Shown here one piece after another: positions 19,403 to 27,977 of a stretch of 32,000 nt of DNA. Source of the DNA: Escherichia coli. Its GTDB lineage: Bacteria > Pseudomonadota > Gammaproteobacteria > Enterobacterales > Enterobacteriaceae. A program made the translations under genes and the position numbers. Each line of letters starts with the position of its first letter. Within the stretch, counting starts at the first letter, position 1. The stretch is from NCBI RefSeq assembly GCF_022493195.1, contig NZ_CP028739.1; one strand, given 5' to 3'. The notes under the pieces are model-generated. The model was given only the letters and a program-made list of their open reading frames with translations. It ran no database searches and had not been told where the DNA came from.

Positions 19403-19528
19403 ATACTCGTCATACTTCAAGTTGCATGTGCTGCGTCTGCGTTCGCTCCCCCCAGTCACTTACTTATGTAAGCTCCTGGGGATTCACTCGCTTGTCGCCT
19501 TCCTGCAACTCGAATTATTTAGAGTATA
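19403..19528 (-). repeat. full-length 126-bp ERIC (IRU) element
   Basis: There is an exact match to the ERIC1R primer sequence ATGTAAGCTCCTGGGGATTCAC at 19466-19487. The complement of ERIC2 (AAGTAAGTGACTGGGGTGAGCG) lies at 19444-19465 with 1 mismatch. The imperfect terminal inverted repeats are tatactc...agttgca / tgcaact...gagtata. Confidence 0.9.
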
Positions 19529-19573
19529 TAAGCTCGCCCGGATGTAAATATCCCATCCAGGCGAGAAAATCAC

Positions 19574-19864
19574 TTACTGAAAAAACACCGCAATCTTGTT
19601 AAACATGGTCGGATCGGACTGATTACGCTGCACTTTCACCACATCTTCCAGCTTGTCGATTTGGCTTATCATCTGCTCCAGACGCTGGTCGTCATTGACC
19701 AGTAGCCAGATGTGGCTTTTGTCGCTGTCCTGAATCGGCAGGCAGAGAATGCCTTCAACGTTAAAAGCGCGACGGGCAAAAAGGCCACAAACGTGGGTCA
19801 TTACACCCGGATGGTTGCGAACGGTGAGTTCCAGAATCACGTTATCATGAGTTGTGTTTTGCAT
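19574..19864 (-). CDS. ilvN: acetolactate synthase I small (regulatory) subunit
   Basis: The 96-aa [46 protein letters not shown]... is recognisably IlvN. It lies 3 nt downstream of the ilvB stop. Confidence 0.96.
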
Positions 19865-19867
19865 GGC

Positions 19868-21556
19868 TTATTCCCCCACCATTTCAGTATTCGCCGCACC
19901 TGGCGGCACCATCGGGTACACTTTTTCTTCGGCATCAATGCGCACATGGATCAGCGCCGGGCCAGGGCGATTGATGATTTCCTGCAATGCAGCCTGCGGA
20001 TCGGCTTCGTTATTCAAATCACAGGTTTCGAGGCCGAATCCGGCGGCAATCTGCATAAAGTTGATTTTGCCCGGATAGGTAGCGGCAAAAACGCCCTGCT
20101 TGTAGAACAGACTCTGTTGCTGATGCACCAGCCCCAGCGCTTCGTTGTTCATCAAAATGATTTTAACATCCAGCTGATTTTCACTGGCGGTCGCCATCTC
20201 CTGAATATTCATCATCAGGCTGCCGTCGCCGGAGAAGCACAACACTTTGCGGTCCGGGTTCGCCAGCGCCGCGCCAATCGCCGCAGGCAGGCCAAAACCC
20301 ATCGTGCCCAGCCCGCCGGAGGTCAGCCACTGGCGTGGGCGATTGAGCGGATAGGCTTGCGCGGTCCACATCTGATGCTGACCCACGTCGGTGGTGATAA
20401 TCGCATTGTCATCGACACAGGCGGCAACGGCGTTGATCAGGCCGTAATGGCTTAATGGATCGCACGCTTTCGGGATTGGACACGGGAATTCACGCTGCAA
20501 ATCCGCCACCAACTGGTGCCACTCTGCACGCGGTTGCGCTTCCACCAGCGGGATCAACTGCGCCAACACGTCATCAACATCCGCCTGAATTGCCACATGC
20601 GGTTGCTTGATTTTGCCCAGCTCTGCGCGGTCGATATCGACATGAATAATTTTGGCATTCGGACAGAACTGCTCGGTTTTGCCAATCGCCCGGTCATCAA
20701 AACGCGCACCGAGTACAATCAGCAGATCCGCCTCCTGCAAAATATAGTTGGTGCTGCGCACACCGTGCATCCCCAGCATACCCAGCGACAGCGGATGCGC
20801 TTTTGGCAACATACCCAGCGCCATTAAAGTCATGGTGGTAGGCAGTTGCGCTTTCTCCGCCAGTTCACGCACTCGCGCAGGCGCGTTGATCACACCACCA
20901 CCCAGATAAAGCACCGGGCGTTTGGCGGCGTTAATCATCGCCGCCGCGTCACGAATACTTTCTTCGCTAAAGGCGGGTGCGGCGGCTTTTTCTGCCATAG
21001 CGGGCTGTGTTTCAATCTCAAAAACTGCCGTTTGCACATCCTTAGGAATGTCTATCCACACCGGGCCAGGGCGGCCTGATTGCGCAATACGGAAGGCATC
21101 GCTCATGACCTGCGGGAGTTCTTCGATATGTCTGACCAGATAGTTGTGTTTGGTGATGGGGATAGAGATGCCGTAGGTGTCGACTTCCTGGAAGGCGTCG
21201 GTGCCGATCATCGAGGCGGGAACCTGACCAGTGATGCAAATCAGCGGGATGGAGTCCAGCCTCGCATCGGCAATGGCGGTCACCAGGTTAGTCGCACCCG
21301 GTCCGCTACAGGCCATACAGACCGCCGGTTTACCGTCGGTGCGCGCCATTCCCTGAGCGATAAACCCCGCGCCCTGTTCATGGCGAGCCAGAATATGGCG
21401 GATTTGCGTGCTTTGGCTTAAGGCATCGTAAACAGGCAGGATAGAACCGCCCGGAATACCCGTCACAATCTTAATGCCCTGCTGTTCCAGGAAATGAACG
21501 ATAAATTCTGCGCCGGTAAAGCGCTTACGCGTCGATGTTGTGCCCGAACTTGCCAT
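19868..21556 (-). CDS. ilvB: acetolactate synthase I large (catalytic) subunit
   Basis: The 562-aa ORF is a ThDP enzyme and is recognisably IlvB. Confidence 0.97.
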   Translation of the reverse strand: MASSGTTSTRKRFTGAEFIVHFLEQQGIKIVTGIPGGSILPVYDALSQSTQIRHILARHEQGAGFIAQGMARTDGKPAVCMACSGPGATNLVTAIADARLDSIPLICITGQVPASMIGTDAFQEVDTYGISIPITKHNYLVRHIEELPQVMSDAFRIAQSGRPGPVWIDIPKDVQTAVFEIETQPAMAEKAAAPAFSEESIRDAAAMINAAKRPVLYLGGGVINAPARVRELAEKAQLPTTMTLMALGMLPKAHPLSLGMLGMHGVRSTNYILQEADLLIVLGARFDDRAIGKTEQFCPNAKIIHVDIDRAELGKIKQPHVAIQADVDDVLAQLIPLVEAQPRAEWHQLVADLQREFPCPIPKACDPLSHYGLINAVAACVDDNAIITTDVGQHQMWTAQAYPLNRPRQWLTSGGLGTMGFGLPAAIGAALANPDRKVLCFSGDGSLMMNIQEMATASENQLDVKIILMNNEALGLVHQQQSLFYKQGVFAATYPGKINFMQIAAGFGLETCDLNNEADPQAALQEIINRPGPALIHVRIDAEEKVYPMVPPGAANTEMVGE

Positions 21557-21602
21557 GCTCCAGTCCTTTTCTTCTGGGCCGACTTTCCGGGAGGAGCTTA
21601 AA

Positions 21603-21636
21603 CGAAAAACCCCGCCCGGTTTGCGCCGGCGGGGTT
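21603..21636 (-). terminator. ilvBN attenuator terminator
   Basis: The minus strand reads ccccgccgg-cgcaaa-ccgggcgggg followed by tttttcgttt. It sits between the leader peptide stop (21662) and the ilvB ATG (21556). Confidence 0.8.
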
Positions 21637-21661
21637 TTGGAATCGTGTGTTGTTCCAGTCC

Positions 21662-21760
21662 CTACGGCGCATTGCCGACGACCACCACCACACGCACGAC
21701 GACCACTGCGGCGGATGGCGCAGTTGGTAGTAGTTTTGCGTTGAACATGGAAGTAGTCAT
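21662..21760 (-). CDS. ivbL: ilvBN leader peptide (32 aa)
   Basis: My translation of the minus strand from ATG 21760 gives MTTSMFNAKLLPTAPSAAVVVVRVVVVVGNAP*. The Val/Leu-rich control region is characteristic of ivbL. The ORF is too short for the ORF track. Confidence 0.9.
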   Translation of the reverse strand: MTTSMFNAKLLPTAPSAAVVVVRVVVVVGNAP

Positions 21761-22160
21761 TAGGGACCTTGTTGGTTTTGTGTTTAACAATATTTATACA
21801 AGCACAGCTTTACAGGGGAGACAATGGAAAATTTTTCTTCCGGATAAAAATACGTGGCAGATCACATTTTGAACTGAAACTCAGGCAATAAAGCATCATC
21901 ACCTGAAAGACGGTCAGATTGTTGACAGAGTGCGCCTTATTCATGTCGAATACAGCGTAAACACCTTACCCTACCAACCGCACCATCACTGTTCCCGGCA
22001 ACATTTATTGCCGCTTTTGTTTACATATTCTGCCGCTAAACAATTCCCCATTCCTGGCGTATATCTGGCTAACATTCATCAATGTGATAGATTCCTCTCC
22101 CGCATTTATGGGAATGCGTAGTGACTTATTCTAATTATTTTTATAAAAGCATCCGTGATA

Positions 22161-23345
22161 ATGAAAAGGCATAGAAACGTCAATTTGTTATTGATGTTGG
22201 TATTACTCGTGGCCGTCGGTCAGATGGCGCAAACCATTTATATTCCAGCTATTGCCGATATGGCGCGCGATCTCAATGTCCGTGAAGGGGCGGTGCAGAG
22301 CGTAATGGGCGCTTATCTGCTGACTTACGGTGTCTCACAGCTGTTTTATGGCCCGATTTCCGACCGCGTGGGTCGCCGACCGGTGATCCTCGTCGGAATG
22401 TCCATTTTTATGCTGGCAACGCTGGTCGCGGTCACGACCTCCAGTTTGACGGTATTGATTGCCGCCAGCGCGATGCAGGGGATGGGCACCGGCGTTGGCG
22501 GCGTAATGGCGCGTACTTTGCCGCGCGATTTATATGAACGGACACAGTTGCGCCATGCTAACAGCCTGTTAAACATGGGGATTCTTGTCAGTCCGTTGCT
22601 CGCACCGCTAATCGGCGGTCTGCTGGATACGATGTGGAACTGGCGTGCCTGTTATCTCTTTTTGTTGGTTCTTTGTGCCGGTGTGACTTTCAGTATGGCC
22701 CGCTGGATGCCGGAAACGCGTCCGGTCGACGCACCGCGCACGCGCCTGCTTACCAGTTATAAAACGCTTTTCGGTAACAGCGGTTTTAACTGTTATTTGC
22801 TGATGCTGATTGGCGGTCTGGCCGGAATTGCCGCCTTTGAAGCCTGCTCCGGCGTGCTGATGGGCGCGGTGTTAGGGCTGAGCAGTATGACGGTCAGTAT
22901 TTTGTTTATTCTGCCGATTCCGGCGGCATTTTTTGGCGCATGGTTTGCCGGACGTCCCAATAAGCGCTTCTCAACGTTGATGTGGCAGTCGGTTATCTGT
23001 TGCCTGCTGGCTGGCTTGCTGATGTGGATCCCCGACTGGTTTGGCGTGATGAATGTCTGGACGCTGCTCATTCCCGCCGCGCTGTTCTTTTTCGGTGCCG
23101 GGATGCTGTTTCCACTGGCTACCAGCGGCGCGATGGAGCCGTTCCCCTTCCTGGCGGGCACCGCTGGCGCGCTGGTCGGCGGTCTGCAAAACATTGGTTC
23201 CGGCGTGCTGGCGTCGCTCTCTGCGATGTTGCCGCAAACCGGTCAGGGCAGCCTGGGATTGTTGATGACCTTAATGGGATTGTTGATCGTGCTGTGCTGG
23301 CTACCGCTGGCGACGCGGATGTCGCATCAGGGGCAGCCTGTTTAA
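22161..23345 (+). CDS. emrD: MFS multidrug efflux pump EmrD (394 aa)
   Basis: The track ORF starts at GTG 22155. ATG 22161 gives MKRHRNVNLLLMLVLLVAVGQMAQTIYIPAIADMARDL..., recognisably EmrD. Confidence 0.93.
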   Translation: MKRHRNVNLLLMLVLLVAVGQMAQTIYIPAIADMARDLNVREGAVQSVMGAYLLTYGVSQLFYGPISDRVGRRPVILVGMSIFMLATLVAVTTSSLTVLIAASAMQGMGTGVGGVMARTLPRDLYERTQLRHANSLLNMGILVSPLLAPLIGGLLDTMWNWRACYLFLLVLCAGVTFSMARWMPETRPVDAPRTRLLTSYKTLFGNSGFNCYLLMLIGGLAGIAAFEACSGVLMGAVLGLSSMTVSILFILPIPAAFFGAWFAGRPNKRFSTLMWQSVICCLLAGLLMWIPDWFGVMNVWTLLIPAALFFFGAGMLFPLATSGAMEPFPFLAGTAGALVGGLQNIGSGVLASLSAMLPQTGQGSLGLLMTLMGLLIVLCWLPLATRMSHQGQPV

Positions 23346-23352
23346 GCTCACG

Positions 23353-23850
23353 TCACCGCAGCATCGTCATCAGCTCCATGGGAGAACGATGCTGCTTTAT
23401 CAGATCACGCATCACCCGCATATGCGGCGCGGAGTAAGAATAAAACGCCTGATAGCCCGCACAAAGCACGTTGTCTGGTTTATCTTCCCGAGCGTGCGGG
23501 CACAGCCGATGCCAGTCGCACGCCTGGCAGTCACGGCGCGGTTGCGACTTTTCGCTGCCACACCATTTTTGTAAGGTGGTGTCAAAAAGTTCAATCGAAA
23601 TACGACTGATATCTGCCCGCACCCAACACTCGAACAGGGCAATTAAAAATTTCCCCCACAGCTCTGCTGTCACCGAAGCGGCCGTCAGATCGCCCCGGTC
23701 ATCAAATTCAAGATGGGGAATAAGCTGTACTGAGCGGATGCCCAGCTGTTTGAAATTGTGATAAAAATCGGCAGGTTGCAGAGCATCCTTATACTCTACA
23801 ACCAGTTTATGCCTGTCCTCTTCAGCATCAATGACCTGACTTCCTGTCAT
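23353..23850 (-). CDS. yidF: YidF, a C-terminal (SPASM-like) remnant of an anaerobic sulfatase-maturating radical-SAM enzyme (165 aa)
   Basis: I recognise it as K-12 YidF. It contains the Cys cluster CQACDWHRLC...LCAGY, but no N-terminal CxxxCxxC radical-SAM motif. The space where that motif would be encoded is occupied by yidG, whose stop overlaps the yidF start by 4 nt. Confidence 0.85.
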   Translation of the reverse strand: MTGSQVIDAEEDRHKLVVEYKDALQPADFYHNFKQLGIRSVQLIPHLEFDDRGDLTAASVTAELWGKFLIALFECWVRADISRISIELFDTTLQKWCGSEKSQPRRDCQACDWHRLCPHAREDKPDNVLCAGYQAFYSYSAPHMRVMRDLIKQHRSPMELMTMLR

Positions 23851-24209
23851 GCGACTCTCTCAATAAATACGATAAGTTGATGTATATGCGTTACAGCAAA
23901 CAGTATTGCGAGAGATAACACCGCGAGGGAGATCAAAAATTTGTCACGGACTACGTGAAATTGGGAAAAATCGCTATTCGTGACATCCATTAAATTGCGA
24001 TTACGGGTGTTGTGCCAGAGGATCAGCGCCACAATGGCGAGGATGCCAATCGAAATCCAGAATAACATGCCCGCCTGGTGCCAGTTGTGTTTGATAGCCA
24101 ACGCCATCAACGCGCCGTAGCCCAGCATGGTACGAAACCACGCCAGTGATGTGCGTTCCGGCTGCAGCCCTGGGTCGGCAATGCGTCTGGCTTTGCGGCT
24201 ATCCGGCAT
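23847..24209 (-). CDS. yidG: DUF202-family inner-membrane protein YidG (120 aa)
   Basis: The ORF has the motif ERTSLAWFRT followed by three hydrophobic helices. Its start overlaps the yidH stop by 11 nt. Confidence 0.85.
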   Translation of the reverse strand: MPDSRKARRIADPGLQPERTSLAWFRTMLGYGALMALAIKHNWHQAGMLFWISIGILAIVALILWHNTRNRNLMDVTNSDFSQFHVVRDKFLISLAVLSLAILFAVTHIHQLIVFIERVA

Positions 24210-24546
24210 ACAACACCAGTCCCATGACGATCACTGCCACGACCATCAATATTAAACTGATGATGAATAAGCTGTTGGTATAGGGCAGGTCCTCTTTCAG
24301 GCGCATCGCTTTTTCATTGCGTAACCAGCGCAAGTAGCCATACATCGCTAACCCGCCGGAAAACAGACACAACAACAACGCCAGCAGTTCGCGGATGACG
24401 GGCGTGGCGAAATCTGGCGCAAGTTGATCAAGCCCAACCCCCGCCGCCAGAAATCCTAGTGCAGTACGGATCCACGCCAGAAAAGTACGCTCATTAGCCA
24501 GCGAGAAGCGGTAATCGGGCGCTTCTCCGAGGCGGGAAATTTTCAT
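24199..24546 (-). CDS. yidH: DUF202-family inner-membrane protein YidH (115 aa)
   Basis: The track ORF is 24199..24606. ATG 24546 follows aaggagc and gives MKISRLGEAPDYRFSLANERTFLAWIRTALGF... It is a paralogue of YidG, sharing the ERTxLAWxRT motif. Confidence 0.85.
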   Translation of the reverse strand: MKISRLGEAPDYRFSLANERTFLAWIRTALGFLAAGVGLDQLAPDFATPVIRELLALLLCLFSGGLAMYGYLRWLRNEKAMRLKEDLPYTNSLFIISLILMVVAVIVMGLVLYAG

Positions 24547-24605
24547 TGTTGCTCCTTGTAAACTGTTCCTCGCCGAAAAATTAGGCCAGGAACAGCAATA
24601 ATGCA

Positions 24606-26099
24606 TCAGAACTTCTGTTTTTTCTCTTCCACCTTCACCCCTTGTGTCGGTAAACCGGTGTCATAGTCGCGTACCACTGGAGAATAACCATCCTGTGGGC
24701 GTGGACGAAACGCCCCCATCCAGCGCGGTTGTGCATCTTTGCGCCACGGACGCAGGTTCCATTGATAACTGCGGAACGGATCGCGAATTTTGTCCATGTA
24801 ATCCAATAAGGCGTCATGCATTTTGCTGCGAACGTCGGCAAAATGGATATCATCGATCAGGTTATGCATTTCATTTGGGTCATTACGGCGATCGTAAAGT
24901 TCATCACTGGTGAAGAGGTTGAGCACCAGTTTAAAGTCATCCGTTACCCAGCAACGCACCGGAATAAAACCGCCAAAGCTGTCATGCTCAATCTCGTAGC
25001 GATTAAATTCCACCAACACGCCACGTGGTTCTTTCACGGCAAGGATATTTTCCCCCGGCAGAATCTCTGGTTTTTCAATATCTGCCAGCGCCATCATTGT
25101 CGGCAGTAAGTCAATATGACTGACTGGCGTATCGACCTGTCGCCGCTCCCCTTGCGGCGAACGGATGATCAGCGGAATGCGGGTGATGTCGTCATACATC
25201 GCCGCTCCTTTACTGATCAGCTTATGTGCGCCCATCATTTCGCCGTGATCGGAGGTATAAATAACCCACGTATTTTCACGTTGCTCTGGCGTTAAGGCAT
25301 TGATGACCCGTCCGATTTGGTCATCAACAAAGTCATTGCAGGCAAAATAGAGCGGATGGTGATAAAGCCCGTCATCACCGACTGGCGATGGCATCGCCTG
25401 CGCCCATAAGCGGTGATGTTCCGGTTTGTTCGCCAGGTCATCCTCTGCTTTCTCACCCAGTTCGTAGTAAAAATCAGTGTATTTCTCTAAATACTCCACC
25501 GGACAGGTGAACGGGTGATGCGGCTCATCATACGAAACCACCATCAGGAAAGGTTCGTCGGCGCGCGCGGGCTGTTGCAGAAAATCCACCGCCCGATTGC
25601 TGATGCGGTGCGCCCAGGTGAAGGTTTCGTCAATATGGTTCGCCTGTAAATCCTCAACGCTGTTTAGGCCATTGCGCCACAGGCTAATCTCTTTCTCCGT
25701 CAGTTCACTAAGATAGTTCGCTCCATCGAACCAGTAATCAGCGTCCCACTCAGGCGGACACTCGCCAGTGCCGAAATAGTCATGTCCATCGAGATGCCAT
25801 TTGCCGATGTAGCAGGTGTGATAGCCCGCATCCTTAAAGTAGCGCCCCATGGTGGAAATGTTTTTGCCCGGCGCGACGTTGTTGGTCCACGGACCGGACT
25901 GGTTAGCGTAGATACCGGTGAATAGTCCGGCGCGTGCAGGTGTACAAACCGGTGAACAGGTGTAGGCAGAATTAAAGCGAATACCTTCTGCCGCCAGACT
26001 ATCAATATTTTGCGTATTCAGCGGTTTACCACTATAGCAACCGACCATATTGGTGGCCTGGGTATCGGTCATGATGAACAGAAAATTAGGGCGTTTCAT
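24606..26099 (-). CDS. yidJ: Cys-type sulfatase YidJ (497 aa), no signal peptide
   Basis: The N-terminus MKRPNFLFIMTDTQ runs straight into the sulfatase fold. The formylglycine motif CTPAR sits in SPVCTPARAGLFTG. The gene starts 4 nt inside the yidK stop region (ATGA overlap). Confidence 0.93.
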   Translation of the reverse strand: MKRPNFLFIMTDTQATNMVGCYSGKPLNTQNIDSLAAEGIRFNSAYTCSPVCTPARAGLFTGIYANQSGPWTNNVAPGKNISTMGRYFKDAGYHTCYIGKWHLDGHDYFGTGECPPEWDADYWFDGANYLSELTEKEISLWRNGLNSVEDLQANHIDETFTWAHRISNRAVDFLQQPARADEPFLMVVSYDEPHHPFTCPVEYLEKYTDFYYELGEKAEDDLANKPEHHRLWAQAMPSPVGDDGLYHHPLYFACNDFVDDQIGRVINALTPEQRENTWVIYTSDHGEMMGAHKLISKGAAMYDDITRIPLIIRSPQGERRQVDTPVSHIDLLPTMMALADIEKPEILPGENILAVKEPRGVLVEFNRYEIEHDSFGGFIPVRCWVTDDFKLVLNLFTSDELYDRRNDPNEMHNLIDDIHFADVRSKMHDALLDYMDKIRDPFRSYQWNLRPWRKDAQPRWMGAFRPRPQDGYSPVVRDYDTGLPTQGVKVEEKKQKF

Positions 26100-27811
26100 A
26101 GGCTATCCTTCGCATCGGGAGTAAAGGTGACGGCCGGGTCGTGACGATGCCGCCAGCTGTCAAAAATCAGGTAGACAATCACTACGGCGGCGATGAAATA
26201 ACTGATCATCGCTAACCAGCGCGTACCGTAGCCACCAAATTCAGCCAGCCCGGCATAGACGCCAATCATCGCGAACAGGATACCAATTGACGCAATCTTG
26301 ACGTTTTTCCACGGTTTCATGTCCACCGCAAACGCATCTTTGAAGGTGAACGGCGTGGCGCGCGGTTTGATAAAACCGATCACCAGCATCACGACCACGT
26401 TGATGCAGAACGTACAGGCCAGCACATAGAGGAAATGGAAGTCGAACTTCACCAGATAGTTGATGGTGATGTAGCTGATTATGCCAATCCCCATCGCCAC
26501 TTTTGCCGCCAGCGCCGGAATGCGCGGGAAGAAAAAGCCCATAATGATGATGGTAACCAGCGGCACGTTGTAAATACCGTTGAGCTGTTTCATCCAGCTA
26601 TACAGCCCCTGCGGCGCGTTGGCGATCCACGGCGCGACCATCACCGAAACGATGGCGATAAAGAAACCAAATTTGCGCCCGACGGTGACCAGCTGTTGCG
26701 GCTCGGCATTCTGGTTAATGATGCGCCGGTAAATACCCATACTGAATAACGTACTGGCACTATTCAGAAAGCCGTTGAAGGTACTGATCACCGCACCAAA
26801 TAACACCGCACCGAAGAAGCCCACCAGTGGCACCGGCAGAACGTTATTGACCAGCGTCGGGTAGGCCATGTCGGCTTTCGGTAAATCCTGATACAGATGA
26901 AACGCAATCAACCCTGGCAGCACCAGTACCAGCGGGTCGAGCATTTTCAGCACCGCCGTTAACAGCGCCCCCTTTTGCCCTTCCGCCAGGCTTTTTGACG
27001 CCAGCGTGCGTTGCACGATGCCCTGATTTGTACACCAGTAAAAGGTGTTAACCAGAATCAAACCGGTAAATGCCGCGCCAATCGGCAAGGGATCGGTCGG
27101 GCCGCCGACTGAGTTTAATTTCTCGGCGTGAACGGTGGTGAGTTGCTCAATGCCCTGCATAAAGCTGCCCTTGCCCATCGCGATCAGGCCAAATATCGGC
27201 ACCATCAACCCGCCAATAACCAGCCCAATACCGTTAATGGAGTCCGCCACTGCCATTGCGCGCAGTCCGCCGATCACCGCATACAAAATTCCCGCCAGAC
27301 CAAGCAAAATAACCAGTAACCAGATAGCCGCACCATCGGAAAGTTGTAGCGACTCACCCACATGAAACAGGCTGTTGAGCGCCAACGCGCCGGAGTAGAG
27401 AACAATCGGCAGAAAGCAGACGCCGGTGGCAATGAGGAAGCAGAAGTCGATGATAATACGCGTCGTTTTATCATAACGATCCTCCAGAAAATCGGGGATG
27501 GTGGCAATGCCGCGCTTCAGATAGCGCGGTAAAAAGATTAGCGCGAGGAAGATCAGCGTCACTGCAGAGGTGACTTCCCAGCCCATCACCGACATGCCGC
27601 TTTTGTAGGCCTGCCCGGAAAGGCCGACCAGTTGTTCCGTGGAAAGGTTGGTTAGCATTAACGAAGCGGCAATAACCGGCGCTTTTAGTGAACGTCCGGC
27701 AAGAAAATAGCCTTGTTGCGATCCAGTATCTGTTTTGCGGACTTTCCACCAGGTGATGACCGCCACCAGCAGCGTAAAACCGACAAAACTCAAGATTTGT
27801 AACGAATTCAT
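26096..27811 (-). CDS. yidK: sodium:solute symporter (SSS) family transporter YidK (571 aa)
   Basis: The full-length polytopic ORF is recognisably YidK, an SGLT/PutP-like protein. Confidence 0.93.
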   Translation of the reverse strand: MNSLQILSFVGFTLLVAVITWWKVRKTDTGSQQGYFLAGRSLKAPVIAASLMLTNLSTEQLVGLSGQAYKSGMSVMGWEVTSAVTLIFLALIFLPRYLKRGIATIPDFLEDRYDKTTRIIIDFCFLIATGVCFLPIVLYSGALALNSLFHVGESLQLSDGAAIWLLVILLGLAGILYAVIGGLRAMAVADSINGIGLVIGGLMVPIFGLIAMGKGSFMQGIEQLTTVHAEKLNSVGGPTDPLPIGAAFTGLILVNTFYWCTNQGIVQRTLASKSLAEGQKGALLTAVLKMLDPLVLVLPGLIAFHLYQDLPKADMAYPTLVNNVLPVPLVGFFGAVLFGAVISTFNGFLNSASTLFSMGIYRRIINQNAEPQQLVTVGRKFGFFIAIVSVMVAPWIANAPQGLYSWMKQLNGIYNVPLVTIIIMGFFFPRIPALAAKVAMGIGIISYITINYLVKFDFHFLYVLACTFCINVVVMLVIGFIKPRATPFTFKDAFAVDMKPWKNVKIASIGILFAMIGVYAGLAEFGGYGTRWLAMISYFIAAVVIVYLIFDSWRHRHDPAVTFTPDAKDSL

Positions 27812-27977
27812 CTCATAGCCCTTATTTATGTTTATGTCCCGGACGCATGAATATAGGGAGAGGTAAAATGCGTCGGGTCAGGCAGTCAGATTCTTAAAAT
27901 ACAAACGTCATATCCCTGAACGGATTGTTTTCTGTTAAGTTCAGGTTGTGAGCATAATTCGCCGGAGGGATATTAAA

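Noticed and set aside
19712-20455. A 247-aa plus-strand ORF, together with several 60-110-aa ORFs on either strand, lying inside ilvB
   Set aside because: These are shadow ORFs, antisense to or out of frame with a well-recognised gene. They have Arg/His/Gln-rich low-complexity translations and no SD. The same reasoning applies to 13980..14537 (in uhpT), 10650..11102 (in adeQ), 12449..12883 (in adeD), 16984..17436 (in uhpB), 8885..9310 (in nepI), 22982..23437 (in emrD), 14649..14999 (in uhpC) and 3886..4221 (in rhuM).
21761-21840. Exact ilvBN promoter and CRP site upstream of ivbL
   Set aside because: TATAAA-like and TTGTCT-like hexamers are present on the minus strand, but their spacing (about 20 nt) is poor. 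I could not place a CRP site confidently.
21930-22121. A 63-aa GTG-initiated ORF in the ivbL-emrD spacer
   Set aside because: It has no SD and no recognisable family. It is more likely emrD promoter or leader DNA. It does not resemble TisB.
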